The translations under genes and the position numbers were made by a program. A DNA stretch of 33,715 nucleotides from a bacterium (GTDB taxonomy: Bacteria; UBA10199; 2-02-FULL-44-16; DYJF01), in contig JBGSNL010000087.1 of the NCBI GenBank assembly GCA_041739675.1, positions 1-33,715 of the forward strand, in the 5' to 3' direction. The notes below the pieces were generated by a model, which saw nothing but the letters and a program-made list of their open reading frames with translations, did not search any database and was not told where the DNA came from. Of this stretch, positions 1 to 12,766 are shown piece after piece (the first letter of the stretch is position 1; every line of letters begins with the position of its first letter).

Positions 1-1
1 C

Positions 2-583
2 GCAGCGCCTGCAGCAGCAGCTCCTTCTACGGGCGGATGCAAATCGGATCTACCCGGCGTTTGCGATCATTCGCAGGTTCCAGCAGGGGCGGTGCGTCTT
101 GAGGATGTGAAGCCCGGTACCCGCCCGAAAGCGGTAACGGGAGAAGCCCCGGTGGCAGCACCCGCGCCGGTTACGAAGGCGGCGCCTGCACCGGCACCCG
201 CACCTGCGCCGGTCACGAAGGCAGCGCCAACATATGAAGAGCCGGCTCCCGCGCCGAAATATCCGCCGCCTCCGCCTCCGGTTGCGCCAAAGCCGTCATA
301 TCCTGTGGCTCAGCCCGCTCCTATGCCCTCAACTGGCGGGTGCAAATCGGATCTGCCCGGTGTTTGCGATCATTCGCAGGTTCCGGCAGGGGCCGTGCGC
401 CTTGAAGACGTGAAACCGGGTACGAGACCTGCGGCCGCTGCTGCAACTTCGCCGCAGCCTGCGCCACCCGCACAGGAATACTCGCCTCCGCCGAAGAAAT
501 CCTCCGGAGGCATACAGGAAGCCCCGGTAGGTGCGACAAGCGAATCGACAGATCAGAAAAAGACTCAGCAGCGTTGGCAATAA
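2..583 (+). CDS. Pro/Ala-rich repeat protein, 5'-truncated by the window edge
   Basis: The frame of ORF 92..583 is open back to base 2. It contains two identical 35-aa Cys-pair motifs (PSTGGCKSDLPGVCDHSQVPAGAVRLEDVKPGTRP) separated by PA-rich linkers. Stop is TAA at 581-583. Confidence 0.8.
   Translation, partial: AAPAAAAPSTGGCKSDLPGVCDHSQVPAGAVRLEDVKPGTRPKAVTGEAPVAAPAPVTKAAPAPAPAPAPVTKAAPTYEEPAPAPKYPPPPPPVAPKPSYPVAQPAPMPSTGGCKSDLPGVCDHSQVPAGAVRLEDVKPGTRPAAAAATSPQPAPPAQEYSPPPKKSSGGIQEAPVGATSESTDQKKTQQRWQ
23..127 (+). repeat. Intragenic 105-bp repeat, copy 1
   Basis: Same amino-acid sequence as 326..430, differing only by synonymous changes. Confidence 0.9.
326..430 (+). repeat. Intragenic 105-bp repeat, copy 2
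   Basis: Same 35-aa motif as 23..127. Confidence 0.9.
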
Positions 584-588
584 GGGGA

Positions 589-641
589 GGGGACACTTCT
601 CATTTTCGCATGTACTACTCGCGAACAGGAGAAGTGTCCCC
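589..641. repeat. 53-bp palindromic (REP/RPE-like) element, family A, copy 1
   Basis: Perfect 13-bp terminal inverted repeats GGGGACACTTCTC...GAGAAGTGTCCCC. A second copy lies at 28601..28653 (45/53 identical by hand alignment). Confidence 0.9.
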
Positions 642-665
642 CGCTCGTTTTTAATCTCTAATATC

Positions 666-3712
<3,047 letters not shown>

Positions 3713-3713
3713 T

Positions 3714-4292
3714 CTAAAAAACAGACAGCGTCTTTCTAACTCTCTGCTTCGCCCCTTCGCGGTTTCCAACCGGTTTGAATCCCGCCTTTTTAAACATCGA
3801 TTGCGTGCCTGTCCAGGCAAACGCTGCGGGAATCGCTTTATCATAATTGTAGGGTTTTACGGGATATCCCTCTACAATCTTTGCGCCGTGTTTTTTTAGC
3901 GTCTTGAGCGCGCCGTCAAGCAGAACGCCTCCGACTCCCTGTCCGCGATATTCTCGTTTGACGAAAAAACAGGGTATTGACCAGACATTATCCGCATCGT
4001 CGCATCTGAGACTCGGCGCGCGGTCGAGTTTGAGATAATCTTTTCGCCTGTCAAATGAGCACCAACCGACAGGCTTGTCCTCATGATATGCTAAAATTCC
4101 GTGCGCCTTTCCGGATGTGATCAATTTCTTCATCCGCCTCTTTGCAGGGGTTCCTTTTATTGCAGCCCATTTCTCGTTCTTGTCGGTTCGCCACGCCATG
4201 CACCAACAACCTCCGCAGGCGCCGTTCGCGCCGAACAGCTCTTCAAAATCGTTCCACAACTCCGGCCGAAGCTCTTTCGTTATAATTTTCAC
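3714..4292 (-). CDS. GNAT-family N-acetyltransferase
   Basis: GGCWCM motif, CFFVKREYRGQGVG acetyl-CoA motif, VEGYP, FKKAGF. Start chosen at GTG 4292, downstream of an AGGAGG SD. Confidence 0.88.
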   Translation of the reverse strand: MKIITKELRPELWNDFEELFGANGACGGCWCMAWRTDKNEKWAAIKGTPAKRRMKKLITSGKAHGILAYHEDKPVGWCSFDRRKDYLKLDRAPSLRCDDADNVWSIPCFFVKREYRGQGVGGVLLDGALKTLKKHGAKIVEGYPVKPYNYDKAIPAAFAWTGTQSMFKKAGFKPVGNREGAKQRVRKTLSVF

Positions 4293-4440
4293 ACCATCCT
4301 CCTGACGAAACATTAGCTCAACGCAGCTCCTTAACTCAATCTTAATCCTAATCGTCTTTATTGTTGCTGACCATTTGAAATACCAATTTTCTTGCATAAA
4401 ACGTCTCAAAAAGTATTATGCCTGCAAGGAGGGGGAAACT

Positions 4441-4905
4441 ATGAAGAATCTGGCATTTGTATTGGTTGCATCGTTGGCAGTAGCTCTTTCAGCTTGCGGA
4501 GGAGGCGGAGGCGGATCGGGCGGCGCCTGTCCCTCGACCGAACCGGCATCGTGCATCACGGGGCTCTCGGGCGAGTGGGAGGTGACGGACACCACCTCAA
4601 CTGATTCGGAATATTGCTCCGGCGCTGACGGCTTCACCAACACTTATACTGTCACTGTCACGCAGGTGGGTTGCGCACTCACTGTCGTGGTTCCCGGCGC
4701 AGGAACGTTCAGCGGCTTCGTCGACGGCAACACACTGTGCTGGTCGGGAAGCTATCCCTTCATGGACGGAACAACGACCATAACGGGCATGACACTTGAG
4801 AGCAACAGTACCGGCACGGCGTTCACGGGTTCGTCGAGCTGGACGTGGACAGACGGGATCGGCAACTGCGAGGGGTCTACATCTTCTACAGGTTCCAAGA
4901 CATAA
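4441..4905 (+). CDS. Putative lipoprotein, beta-rich Ser/Thr/Gly/Cys domain
   Basis: SD AAGGAGG; signal peptide with lipobox LSAC, followed by a poly-Gly linker. Confidence 0.85.
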   Translation: MKNLAFVLVASLAVALSACGGGGGGSGGACPSTEPASCITGLSGEWEVTDTTSTDSEYCSGADGFTNTYTVTVTQVGCALTVVVPGAGTFSGFVDGNTLCWSGSYPFMDGTTTITGMTLESNSTGTAFTGSSSWTWTDGIGNCEGSTSSTGSKT

Positions 4906-4922
4906 GCCATTTCATTTCAAAC

Positions 4923-4954
4923 AAAAAGCCCCTGCATTGTGCAGGGGCTTTTTT
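4923..4954. terminator. Bidirectional Rho-independent terminator
   Basis: AAAAAGCCCCTGCA-TTG-TGCAGGGGCTTTTTT directly after the lipoprotein gene. Confidence 0.9.
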
Positions 4955-4966
4955 ATAAAATACCGC

Positions 4967-4993
4967 GCAACCTTTTCGGTCCCCCACCGATAA
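4967..4993 (+). promoter_or_regulatory. Sigma28/FliA-like promoter motif, copy 1
   Basis: GCAAC-N14-ACCGATAA, with the same spacing as three other copies. Confidence 0.55.
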
Positions 4994-5008
4994 GAAGGAT
5001 AGTAGTGC

Positions 5009-5037
5009 TTGCTATTGGGCCTGACTTGGGTTAGAAG
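5009..5037 (+). promoter_or_regulatory. Putative sigma70 promoter of the DEAD-box helicase gene
   Basis: TTGCTA-N17-TAGAAG, about 120 nt upstream of the ATG. Confidence 0.4.
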
Positions 5038-5156
5038 GGCCCGCAACTACGGTGGTTTCAAACGGAATCTCTCCCCTGTTTTAAATCACAAAAAACAAAC
5101 TGCCTGTGGAGCCGGCGTCATGTCGATGCCTTACACAGGTGTATAAAGGATGTGAA

Positions 5157-6410
5157 ATGAAGAACCAATCGTTTGACCAACTGGGCCTGGCCCAGCCGAT
5201 CTTTCGCGCCGTCATGGCGGAAGGATACGAACGCCCGACGCCAATTCAGGCCGCGGCGATTCCGCACTTGATGGAAGGGCGCGATCTCATCGGATGCGCG
5301 CAGACGGGAACGGGCAAGACCGCAGCGTTCGCGCTGCCGATCTTGCACCGGCTCCATGCCGCGCACAAAAGGGCGCAGCCTCGCGGCGCACGGGTGCTGG
5401 TTTTGACCCCCACGCGCGAGCTTGCCTCGCAGGTGAGCGAGAGTTTCAAAACCTACGGCCGTCATCTTAACCTCACTCAGGCCCTTGTCTTCGGCGGCGT
5501 CGGCTACGCCCCTCAGGTGAAATCGATCTCCCGCGGCGCCGACGTTCTCGTGGCAACCCCGGGAAGGCTCTTAGATCTCATGAACAAGAGGCACGTTGTT
5601 CTTTCAGGGGTAGAGGTCTTCGTGCTGGACGAAGCCGACCGCATGCTGGATATGGGTTTTCTGCCCGATATCAGGAAAGTAATCGCGGCGCTGCCCAAAT
5701 CCCGCCAGACTCTGCTCTTTTCGGCGACCATGGCGCCGGATATTCTGAGACTCGCCGAGGGGATACTCAAGGATCCCGTGAACGTGGCGGTGACGCCGTC
5801 CGCGTCCACCGTGGAAACCGTTGAGGAGCACATCCTTTTCGTCGACGAAGGAAACAAGCGTGCGCTTCTTACGGAGCTTTTGAAATCGGCAGCAATCAGT
5901 CGCGCGCTCGTGTTCACGCGTACCAAGCACGGCGCGGACCGCCTTGTGAAACAGCTGGGGCAAGCCGCAGTGGATGCCAAGGCGATTCACGGCAACAAGT
6001 CGCAGAGCGTGCGCACCGCGGCGCTTGAGAGCTTCCGCAAGGGCCGTTGCCGCGTTCTCGTGGCGACGGATATCGCCGCGCGCGGTATCGACGTGGATGA
6101 CATCACGCACGTGATCAATTACGATCTTCCCAACGAACCGCAAAGCTACGTTCACCGCATCGGCCGCACGGCGCGCGCCGGCGCGAGCGGAATAGCAATT
6201 TCGTTTTGCGGCGTGACCGAGAAATCCTATCTCCACGATATCGAACGGCTTCTCAAGCGCTCAATTCCCGTGCGGCAGGATCATCCCTATCACTCTGAGA
6301 GCGCGGCCAATGCTACGGGCGGGAAGGGCGCAAGAAACGCTAAGAACCCCAATCGGGGGAAAGGGACCATGTCCCGCGCAAAACGCGCGCGTTTGCCCCG
6401 GAAATGGTAG
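5157..6410 (+). CDS. rhlE: DEAD-box ATP-dependent RNA helicase, RhlE-like
   Basis: Q-motif GYERPTPIQ, AQTGTGKT, PTRELA, DEAD, SAT, ARGID, HRIGRTARAG. SD AAAGGA precedes ATG 5157. Confidence 0.9.
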   Translation: MKNQSFDQLGLAQPIFRAVMAEGYERPTPIQAAAIPHLMEGRDLIGCAQTGTGKTAAFALPILHRLHAAHKRAQPRGARVLVLTPTRELASQVSESFKTYGRHLNLTQALVFGGVGYAPQVKSISRGADVLVATPGRLLDLMNKRHVVLSGVEVFVLDEADRMLDMGFLPDIRKVIAALPKSRQTLLFSATMAPDILRLAEGILKDPVNVAVTPSASTVETVEEHILFVDEGNKRALLTELLKSAAISRALVFTRTKHGADRLVKQLGQAAVDAKAIHGNKSQSVRTAALESFRKGRCRVLVATDIAARGIDVDDITHVINYDLPNEPQSYVHRIGRTARAGASGIAISFCGVTEKSYLHDIERLLKRSIPVRQDHPYHSESAANATGGKGARNAKNPNRGKGTMSRAKRARLPRKW

Positions 6411-6435
6411 CGGCTCCACGGCCCTATCAATTTTA

Positions 6436-6462
6436 GCAACTTATTTTCGGCTCCGCCGATGA
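6436..6462 (+). promoter_or_regulatory. Sigma28/FliA-like promoter motif, copy 2
   Basis: GCAAC-N14-GCCGATGA, ending 9 nt before the ATG at 6472. Confidence 0.65.
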
Positions 6463-6471
6463 TATCCGCGT

Positions 6472-7665
6472 ATGGCACTGGACATAGGCTGGAAAAAATT
6501 GCTCTCCGATTACGTCCCCGAGGCGGATATTTACGGCGGCGTTTATCTTGACGGCGACGGCAGTATGGAGACCGTGGATTTGAGCGGGGACGGCATCGTA
6601 AGCGAGCAGGAGGCAAAAAGCTTCTGCATTGCCAACCGCGATGGCCTGGCCCGTTTCATTCCGTTTCTTAAGGTCACGCAGGGTTTTACTGCCGACAATC
6701 CCATGCACACCCTCATCCTCTACGAATTCCAGACAATGGGATACAGCGATTTCGAAGTCGAGACTCTCTACAAAGAGCTGCGCGGCCTTCTTGAGGAGAT
6801 GAGGCGAGAAACCGAATATGAATCGGATCTGGTGCAAACCTTTCCGTTTCTCGGAGAAAATGGGGAGCTAACGCAATTCGACCGCATGTCGATTGTGCGG
6901 GAAGTGATGGTGAAAAGTGGAATTACCTTCGGCGGTGCTGAGCAGACGCTCTTCACCGGTCATTTTTTCAAACGTCATTGCAATTGTGCCACGGGAAGCT
7001 ATTCGCTCAATTTTTTTTCGCACGAATTGGGGCAAAAAGTCGATCTGGTGGAGCTCCGCGACCACGTCATCGCAAGGTCGACAGAGGGGCGAGTGAATAT
7101 CGATATGCGATACGGCGGCGCGTTGCATCCCGATTCTTACTACGAAAGACGCTACACTGTGAGTCCTTTCTCCGAAGAAATAGGAGTTTATCTCAAGAGC
7201 CTCAACGAAAGGGAGCTCAATTCGCTCTTTCTCATGGGGCTAGGCTCGGCGCTTGATTTGATCGACGATCGGTTACTCGATGCGGCGGAGATTTATGCAA
7301 TGTCCATCAGCGAGAATGTGTTCAATGTGACCTCTTGGAGCAATCTCGGTGCGCTGATGCTCAGGGTGGGCAAGCTTGACGAGGCAATTGAATATTCTCT
7401 GCAGGCGGTGGAGCTCGATCCCAATTTTGCGGAAGCATGTGTCCTGATTTCGCTCATCTATATAATGAAAGGCGAGAGGCAGGAGGCGCTTGAGTATCTG
7501 GAAAAAACGCTTGAGGTGGACGGCGAAAACGCCGCCGTCAGAAGCTTCTACGGGCGGCTCAAGGCGGTGACGGACGAGGAAATTGAAAACTCGTGGATAG
7601 AGTTTGTAAAGGAGAACGTCGAACTGCTGCACGAAATTGAACATTCATACGTCATTCGAGGCTGA
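6472..7665 (+). CDS. Hypothetical protein: EF-hand-like DxDG motifs, transglutaminase-like (SirB1-type) core, TPRs
   Basis: DGDGS...DLSGDG; NCATGSY...HELG...DHVIAR...VNID; C-terminal TPRs (WSNLGALMLRVGKLDEAIEYSLQAVELDP). Paralog of 15395..16948. Confidence 0.8.
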   Translation: MALDIGWKKLLSDYVPEADIYGGVYLDGDGSMETVDLSGDGIVSEQEAKSFCIANRDGLARFIPFLKVTQGFTADNPMHTLILYEFQTMGYSDFEVETLYKELRGLLEEMRRETEYESDLVQTFPFLGENGELTQFDRMSIVREVMVKSGITFGGAEQTLFTGHFFKRHCNCATGSYSLNFFSHELGQKVDLVELRDHVIARSTEGRVNIDMRYGGALHPDSYYERRYTVSPFSEEIGVYLKSLNERELNSLFLMGLGSALDLIDDRLLDAAEIYAMSISENVFNVTSWSNLGALMLRVGKLDEAIEYSLQAVELDPNFAEACVLISLIYIMKGERQEALEYLEKTLEVDGENAAVRSFYGRLKAVTDEEIENSWIEFVKENVELLHEIEHSYVIRG

Positions 7666-7951
7666 CAGCTCCGATCACACCTCGTACCTTCTCTTTGCTC
7701 AAACCTTTAATAAAGATAAGTTTTGTCCGGCCGGTCTCTCCGCGGAGAATTGATATATGTGATTTGGGGATGCCGAGGATATGGGCCATGAACTCGATGA
7801 GCGCCTCGTTTGCGCGGCCCTCCACGGGCGGTGCGGCCAAAGCGACTGCCAGCGCCCCGTTTCGCTCACCTTTGATTCTGCTTCTTCCGGCCTTGGGAGT
7901 CACGTAGCACTCGATCGTCACGCCGTCCTTGTGTTCCTTTATCTCGATCAT
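7652..7951 (-). CDS. yggU: DUF167/UPF0235 (YggU-like) protein
   Basis: VTPKAGRS, APPVEGRANEAL and GETGRTK motifs. Confidence 0.9.
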   Translation of the reverse strand: MIEIKEHKDGVTIECYVTPKAGRSRIKGERNGALAVALAAPPVEGRANEALIEFMAHILGIPKSHISILRGETGRTKLIFIKGLSKEKVRGVIGAVSLE

Positions 7952-8008
7952 ATCCGGTATTTAGAATAGCGTTGACAGAAAGTCAGCAATAAAGCTACTT
8001 CAGAGCCG

Positions 8009-11000
8009 ATGCTGCACGCTCCTTTCGTACATCTGCACGTTCATACATATTACAGCCTCCTAGACGGCGCCTGTCCCATCGAGGCGCTTGCGCTCCGCGC
8101 TAAAGAGCTCAAAATGCCCGCAATCGCCATGACCGATCACGGCAATCTCTTCGGGGCAATCGAGTTCTACCAGACCATCCAGAAGCACGGTATCAAACCC
8201 ATAATCGGCTGCGAGGCCTATGTCGTTTCAAAGGGGTCAAGGAAGGAGAGGGGCGCGGGGCAGGAAGGGTTCACGACCCACCTTGTTTTGCTCTGTAAAA
8301 ACCGCGCAGGATATAAAAATCTCTGCCGTTTAATAAGTTCAAGCTATTTAGAGGGGTTCTACTATAAGCCTAGAATAGATAAAGATTTATTGCGCGAACA
8401 TAATGAAGGTCTGATTGCGCTTTCAGCCTGCCTCAAAGGGGAAATTCCAAGGGCTATAACCGACGGAAAAATGAATGAAGCGGCCGCCGCGGCAAAGGAA
8501 TACGCCTCGATATTCACCGACAACCGCTTCTTTCTGGAGCTGCAGGATCAGGGGATCGAAGGCCAGGACAAGGTGCGCAAGGGCCTGATGGAGCTGGCAA
8601 AAGAGCTGGGCCTGCCGCTCGTCGCCACAAACGACGTCCATTATCTGAAAAAAGAGGATGCATCGGCGCAGGACGCGCTCATGTGCATCCAGACGGGAAC
8701 GACGATAGACGCGAAGGACCGCATCCGTTTAACGAGCGATCAGTTCTACCTCAAATCGCACGACGAGATGAAAGAGCTCTTTGCCGACTGCCCTGAAGCG
8801 ATCTCGAACACACTTGGAGTCGCGGAGCGATTAAATCTCGATTTCGATTTCAAGACCTACCATTTCCCGAAATTCGTCCCGCCGGCGGGCGTGGATCTTG
8901 CGCAGTATCTTGAAGGGCGGGCGCGCGAGGGGCTCGCCAAACGCTGGCCGTCAATCGTCGCCGTCCAGAAGAAAGACGAAAACGTTCTCAAGCAGGAATA
9001 TGAGGCGCGCCTTGTAGAGGAGCTGGCCCTTATCAAGTCGATGGGATTTGCCGGATATTTTTTAATCGTCGCCGACTTCATCGGTTTCGCGAAGGGCGAA
9101 AAAATCCCCGTTGGGCCCGGGCGCGGCTCCGCCGCGGGCTCGCTCGTAGCGTACTGTCTCGACATCACCGACATCGATCCTCTCGTGCACGGTCTTCTCT
9201 TCGAGCGGTTCTTAAATCCCGAACGCATAAGCATGCCCGACATGGACATCGATTTTTGCATGCGCCGAAGAGACGAGGTGATCCACTACGTCGCGAAAAA
9301 ATACGGCAACGTCTCCCAGATCATCACGTTCGGAAAGATGAAGGCGCGCGCGGTCGTGCGCGACGTCGGGCGCGTCATGGGGATGGCCTACGGAGAGGTG
9401 GACCGCATCGCGAAGCTGATTCCGGCGACGCTTAATGTGACTTTGGATCAGGCGTTGGAGATTGAACCCAAGCTCAAAGACGAAGTGAAAAGATCCGCGG
9501 AAGTGAAGCGGCTGATAGAAATCGCGCGCTCGCTTGAGGGTTTCCCTCGCCATGCCTCCACCCACGCCGCGGGTGTCGTCATCTCCGATGAGCCTCTCTC
9601 CGAATTCCTGCCGCTCTATCTTGGTAGCCACGACGAAGTCGTGACACAGTTTGATATGAAGGCGGTCGAGAAGGTTGGGCTCGTCAAATTCGATTTTCTG
9701 GGGCTCAAAACGCTCACAGTCATCGATGACGCCGTGAAGCTTATTGAGAGAACGCGCGGCGAGAAAATCGCGATTGAGCTTTTGCCGTTCGACGATCCTC
9801 TTGTTTACTCGGAACTCTCTGAAGGGGACACGGCGGGCATTTTCCAGCTTGAAAGCTCAGGGATGACAGATCTCGTGACGCGCCTCAAGCCCAACGTCTT
9901 CGCGGACCTTGTTGCACTTGTGGCGCTATTCCGTCCGGGCCCTCTGGGCAGCGGAATGGTGGACGATTTCATTAACAGAAAGCACGGCAAGACGCAGATA
10001 AGATATGAGCTCACACAGCTCGAACCGATCCTCAAGGACACCTACGGCGTTATTGTCTATCAGGAACAGGTGATGCAGATCGCAAACCGTCTCGCAGGGT
10101 TTTCGCTGGGCGAGGCCGATATCCTCCGCCGCGCGATGGGAAAGAAAAAGGCCGAAGAGATGGCCCTGCAGAAGGAAAGGTTTGTCGCCGGGTGCGTCTC
10201 TAACAAAGTTTCCAGGCCGAAGGCGGAAAAGCTCTTCGATCTGATCGCGAAATTCGCCGAGTACGGTTTCAACAAATCGCACAGCGCCGCGTACGCGCTC
10301 GTGGCGTATCAGACCGCGTATCTCAAGTTCCATTATCCCACTGAGTTCATGGCGGCGCTGCTCACCGCTGAAAAGGACAGCGCGGACAAGATTTTGCAAT
10401 ACATCGGCGACTGCAAGTCGAGGGCGATAAGGGTCTTGCCGCCGGACGTCAACGAGAGCGACAAGGATTTTTCGGTCGTGGGCGATAGCACTATACGCTT
10501 CGGCCTCGCTGCGGTTAAAAACGTGGGCGAGTCCGCGATAGAAAACATAGTTGCGGCGAGAAACGAGGCGGGCCCGTTCACGTCGCTTTTCGATTTCTGC
10601 GAAAGGGTGGATTCGAGAAAAGCGAACAAGCGCGTGATCGAAAGTCTCATCAAGTGCGGCGCCTTCGATTTCGCGGGGGCCCCGCGCGCAGCGATGGCGG
10701 CGTCTCTCGACCGCGCCATGGAGACCGCTTCTTCGCGTCAGCGCGACAGGATGTCGGGCCAGTCGAGAATTTTCGATCTCATGGGCGGAAGTGCCTCCCA
10801 GCCGCAGAAACCAGAAGACGTTCCCGAATGGCCCGAGAGAGAGCTCCTGGCATTTGAAAAAGAGTCTCTCGGATTTTACATCACGGGGCACCCGCTGGCG
10901 CAGTTTGAAACGATGCTGAAACAGTACGCGAATTTCGATACCGCAACGCTTGCCGATGCAAAGGACAAGCAGGAGATAAAAATCGGCGGTGTCTCTGCAA

Positions 11001-11470
11001 AGCTGCGCGAGATAACTACGAAGCGCGGCGACCGCATGGGTTTTGTGACGATGGAGGATCTCAAGGGCACGGTGGAGATCGTTGTCTTCTCCGACGTCTA
11101 TGCAGCCTCCCATCCGCTGATAAAAAGCGAAAGGCCGTTTTTCGTCGTCGGACAGGCCGATATCGACGGCGAGGCGGTGAAGATAATCGCGCGCCAGATC
11201 CTGCCGCTGGAAGAGGTCTCCGAGTACCTCACGAAAAGTATCCATTTCATTTTGCACGCGCCGGAGATAAGCGCAAAACACATTCAGCAATTGAAGAACG
11301 TGCTTTCCCGTTTCCCCGGAAAATGTCCGGGCTTCGTGCATCTGGTGGGTGCGAACAAGACGGAGACCGTTCTGGCGCTCCCCGATGATTTGAAGCTTCA
11401 CCCCACACCGCAACTTGTGTCGTCTATAGAGAAACTATTTGGCCACAATGTCACGCGATTCGTTTCCTAA
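8009..11470 (+). CDS. dnaE: DNA polymerase III alpha subunit
   Basis: PHP domain FVHLHVHT/TDHGNL, GPGRGSAAGS, PDMDIDF, KFDFLGL, YGFNKSHS, C-terminal OB fold. Confidence 0.98.
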   Translation: MLHAPFVHLHVHTYYSLLDGACPIEALALRAKELKMPAIAMTDHGNLFGAIEFYQTIQKHGIKPIIGCEAYVVSKGSRKERGAGQEGFTTHLVLLCKNRAGYKNLCRLISSSYLEGFYYKPRIDKDLLREHNEGLIALSACLKGEIPRAITDGKMNEAAAAAKEYASIFTDNRFFLELQDQGIEGQDKVRKGLMELAKELGLPLVATNDVHYLKKEDASAQDALMCIQTGTTIDAKDRIRLTSDQFYLKSHDEMKELFADCPEAISNTLGVAERLNLDFDFKTYHFPKFVPPAGVDLAQYLEGRAREGLAKRWPSIVAVQKKDENVLKQEYEARLVEELALIKSMGFAGYFLIVADFIGFAKGEKIPVGPGRGSAAGSLVAYCLDITDIDPLVHGLLFERFLNPERISMPDMDIDFCMRRRDEVIHYVAKKYGNVSQIITFGKMKARAVVRDVGRVMGMAYGEVDRIAKLIPATLNVTLDQALEIEPKLKDEVKRSAEVKRLIEIARSLEGFPRHASTHAAGVVISDEPLSEFLPLYLGSHDEVVTQFDMKAVEKVGLVKFDFLGLKTLTVIDDAVKLIERTRGEKIAIELLPFDDPLVYSELSEGDTAGIFQLESSGMTDLVTRLKPNVFADLVALVALFRPGPLGSGMVDDFINRKHGKTQIRYELTQLEPILKDTYGVIVYQEQVMQIANRLAGFSLGEADILRRAMGKKKAEEMALQKERFVAGCVSNKVSRPKAEKLFDLIAKFAEYGFNKSHSAAYALVAYQTAYLKFHYPTEFMAALLTAEKDSADKILQYIGDCKSRAIRVLPPDVNESDKDFSVVGDSTIRFGLAAVKNVGESAIENIVAARNEAGPFTSLFDFCERVDSRKANKRVIESLIKCGAFDFAGAPRAAMAASLDRAMETASSRQRDRMSGQSRIFDLMGGSASQPQKPEDVPEWPERELLAFEKESLGFYITGHPLAQFETMLKQYANFDTATLADAKDKQEIKIGGVSAKLREITTKRGDRMGFVTMEDLKGTVEIVVFSDVYAASHPLIKSERPFFVVGQADIDGEAVKIIARQILPLEEVSEYLTKSIHFILHAPEISAKHIQQLKNVLSRFPGKCPGFVHLVGANKTETVLALPDDLKLHPTPQLVSSIEKLFGHNVTRFVS

Positions 11471-12740
11471 AAAAAGCCGTAAGATGGTCGGAAGGGCCCG
11501 CGGCGCGGAGCGCGTCTTTGTCGTGGGAGTCAAGCACGGGCGCATGACGATGGATCAGATGGAGCGCTCATTCGAGGAACTTCTGCACCTCGTTAAAACG
11601 GCGGGCGGGCAGGTTGTGGGCCATGCATATCAGGACGTCAAAAGGATCGACCCCGCGACTTTTCTGGGGCGCGGCAAAGTGGAGGAGATTTCGGAGCTGA
11701 TAGCGCAGACGAAGGCCGATCTCTTTGTGATCGACGAAGAGCTCTCTCCGGTTCAGAACAGAAACCTTGAGGAGAAGCTCAAGGTCTTCGTCCTCGACCG
11801 CACCGCGGTGATTTTGGACATCTTTGCCATGCGCGCGCGCACGGCGGAAGGAAAGCTGCAGGTAGAGCTGGCGCAGCTTGAATATCTCGCCCCGCGCCTT
11901 GTGGGGCGCGGCCTCATGCTCTCGCAGCAGGCGGGCCGGATCGGAACAAGGGGCCCCGGCGAAACCGCGCTCGAATACGAAAGACGAAACATAAGGGACC
12001 GCATCACGCATCTGAGGCGCCAGATAGAGAAGGTGAGGGCCTCGCGCGAGATCCACCGGTTGAAGCGCAACGCTGTGCCTATACCCATGGTGGCTATCGT
12101 CGGCTACACGAACGCCGGCAAATCCACGGTGATGAATAAGCTCACGCGTGCCGATGTTTTTGTCGAGGACAAGCTCTTTGCCACACTCGATCCGACGGTG
12201 AGAAGGCTCAAGCTTCCGAGCGGGCGGGAAGTCCTTCTTGCCGACACGGTGGGTTTCATAAGGCGTCTTCCCCATCAGCTTGTCGCTGCGTTCAAGGCGA
12301 CGTTCGAGGAGATCGCCTACGCTGATTTATTAATCGAGATACTCGACGTCTCCGATCCGGATGCCGCCCAACAGGCGAAGGTAGTGAACGGGGTTCTGGA
12401 GGAGATGAACCTCAACCACAAGCCCCGCATCTGTGTGCTCAATAAGATCGACCGGCCGGAAAGATTCCAGTGCGGCGAAGGCGGCATTCCTATCTCCGCG
12501 CGCACAGGGGAGGGGGTGGATAGCCTGATCGATAGCATCGAGTCTCAACTTCGCACGGGTTTTTTTCGCATGAAACTTTATCTCCCGCATGACAGGGGCG
12601 ACGTTCTCTCCATGATTTACCGCATCGGCCATGTCTATGAGGCGCGCCATCGCGGCCACCACGTGATCGTGGATTGCGAGCTTCCGGAAAAATACGCTAA
12701 CAAATACAAAGGATTCGAGAAAACAACACGCTTGTCTTAG
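11448..12740 (+). CDS. hflX: Ribosome-associated GTPase HflX (start uncertain: 11448 or 11484)
   Basis: GKLQVELAQLEY, RGPGET, GYTNAGKST, LFATLDPT, DTVGFI, NKID. Confidence 0.95.
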   Translation: MSRDSFPKKSRKMVGRARGAERVFVVGVKHGRMTMDQMERSFEELLHLVKTAGGQVVGHAYQDVKRIDPATFLGRGKVEEISELIAQTKADLFVIDEELSPVQNRNLEEKLKVFVLDRTAVILDIFAMRARTAEGKLQVELAQLEYLAPRLVGRGLMLSQQAGRIGTRGPGETALEYERRNIRDRITHLRRQIEKVRASREIHRLKRNAVPIPMVAIVGYTNAGKSTVMNKLTRADVFVEDKLFATLDPTVRRLKLPSGREVLLADTVGFIRRLPHQLVAAFKATFEEIAYADLLIEILDVSDPDAAQQAKVVNGVLEEMNLNHKPRICVLNKIDRPERFQCGEGGIPISARTGEGVDSLIDSIESQLRTGFFRMKLYLPHDRGDVLSMIYRIGHVYEARHRGHHVIVDCELPEKYANKYKGFEKTTRLS

Positions 12741-12766
12741 GTGCCGGAATGATATAAAAACCCGAT

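Noticed and set aside
589..641. CRISPR repeat or simple terminator
   Set aside because: There are only two copies, 28 kb apart, with no spacer array or cas genes. The second copy is inside a CDS, so it is an interspersed element, although copy 1 may also terminate transcription.
8300..8470. AT-rich patch within dnaE as an intein, intron or foreign insert
   Set aside because: The translation is continuous, normal PHP-domain sequence (GYKNL...EGFYYKPRID...GLIALSACLKGE) with no insertion.
9926..11413. Long antisense ORFs (495 aa here; also 2468..3562, 24690..25814 and 29833..30915)
   Set aside because: They are shadow or alternate frames overlapping well-supported genes in GC-rich DNA and have no recognisable motifs.
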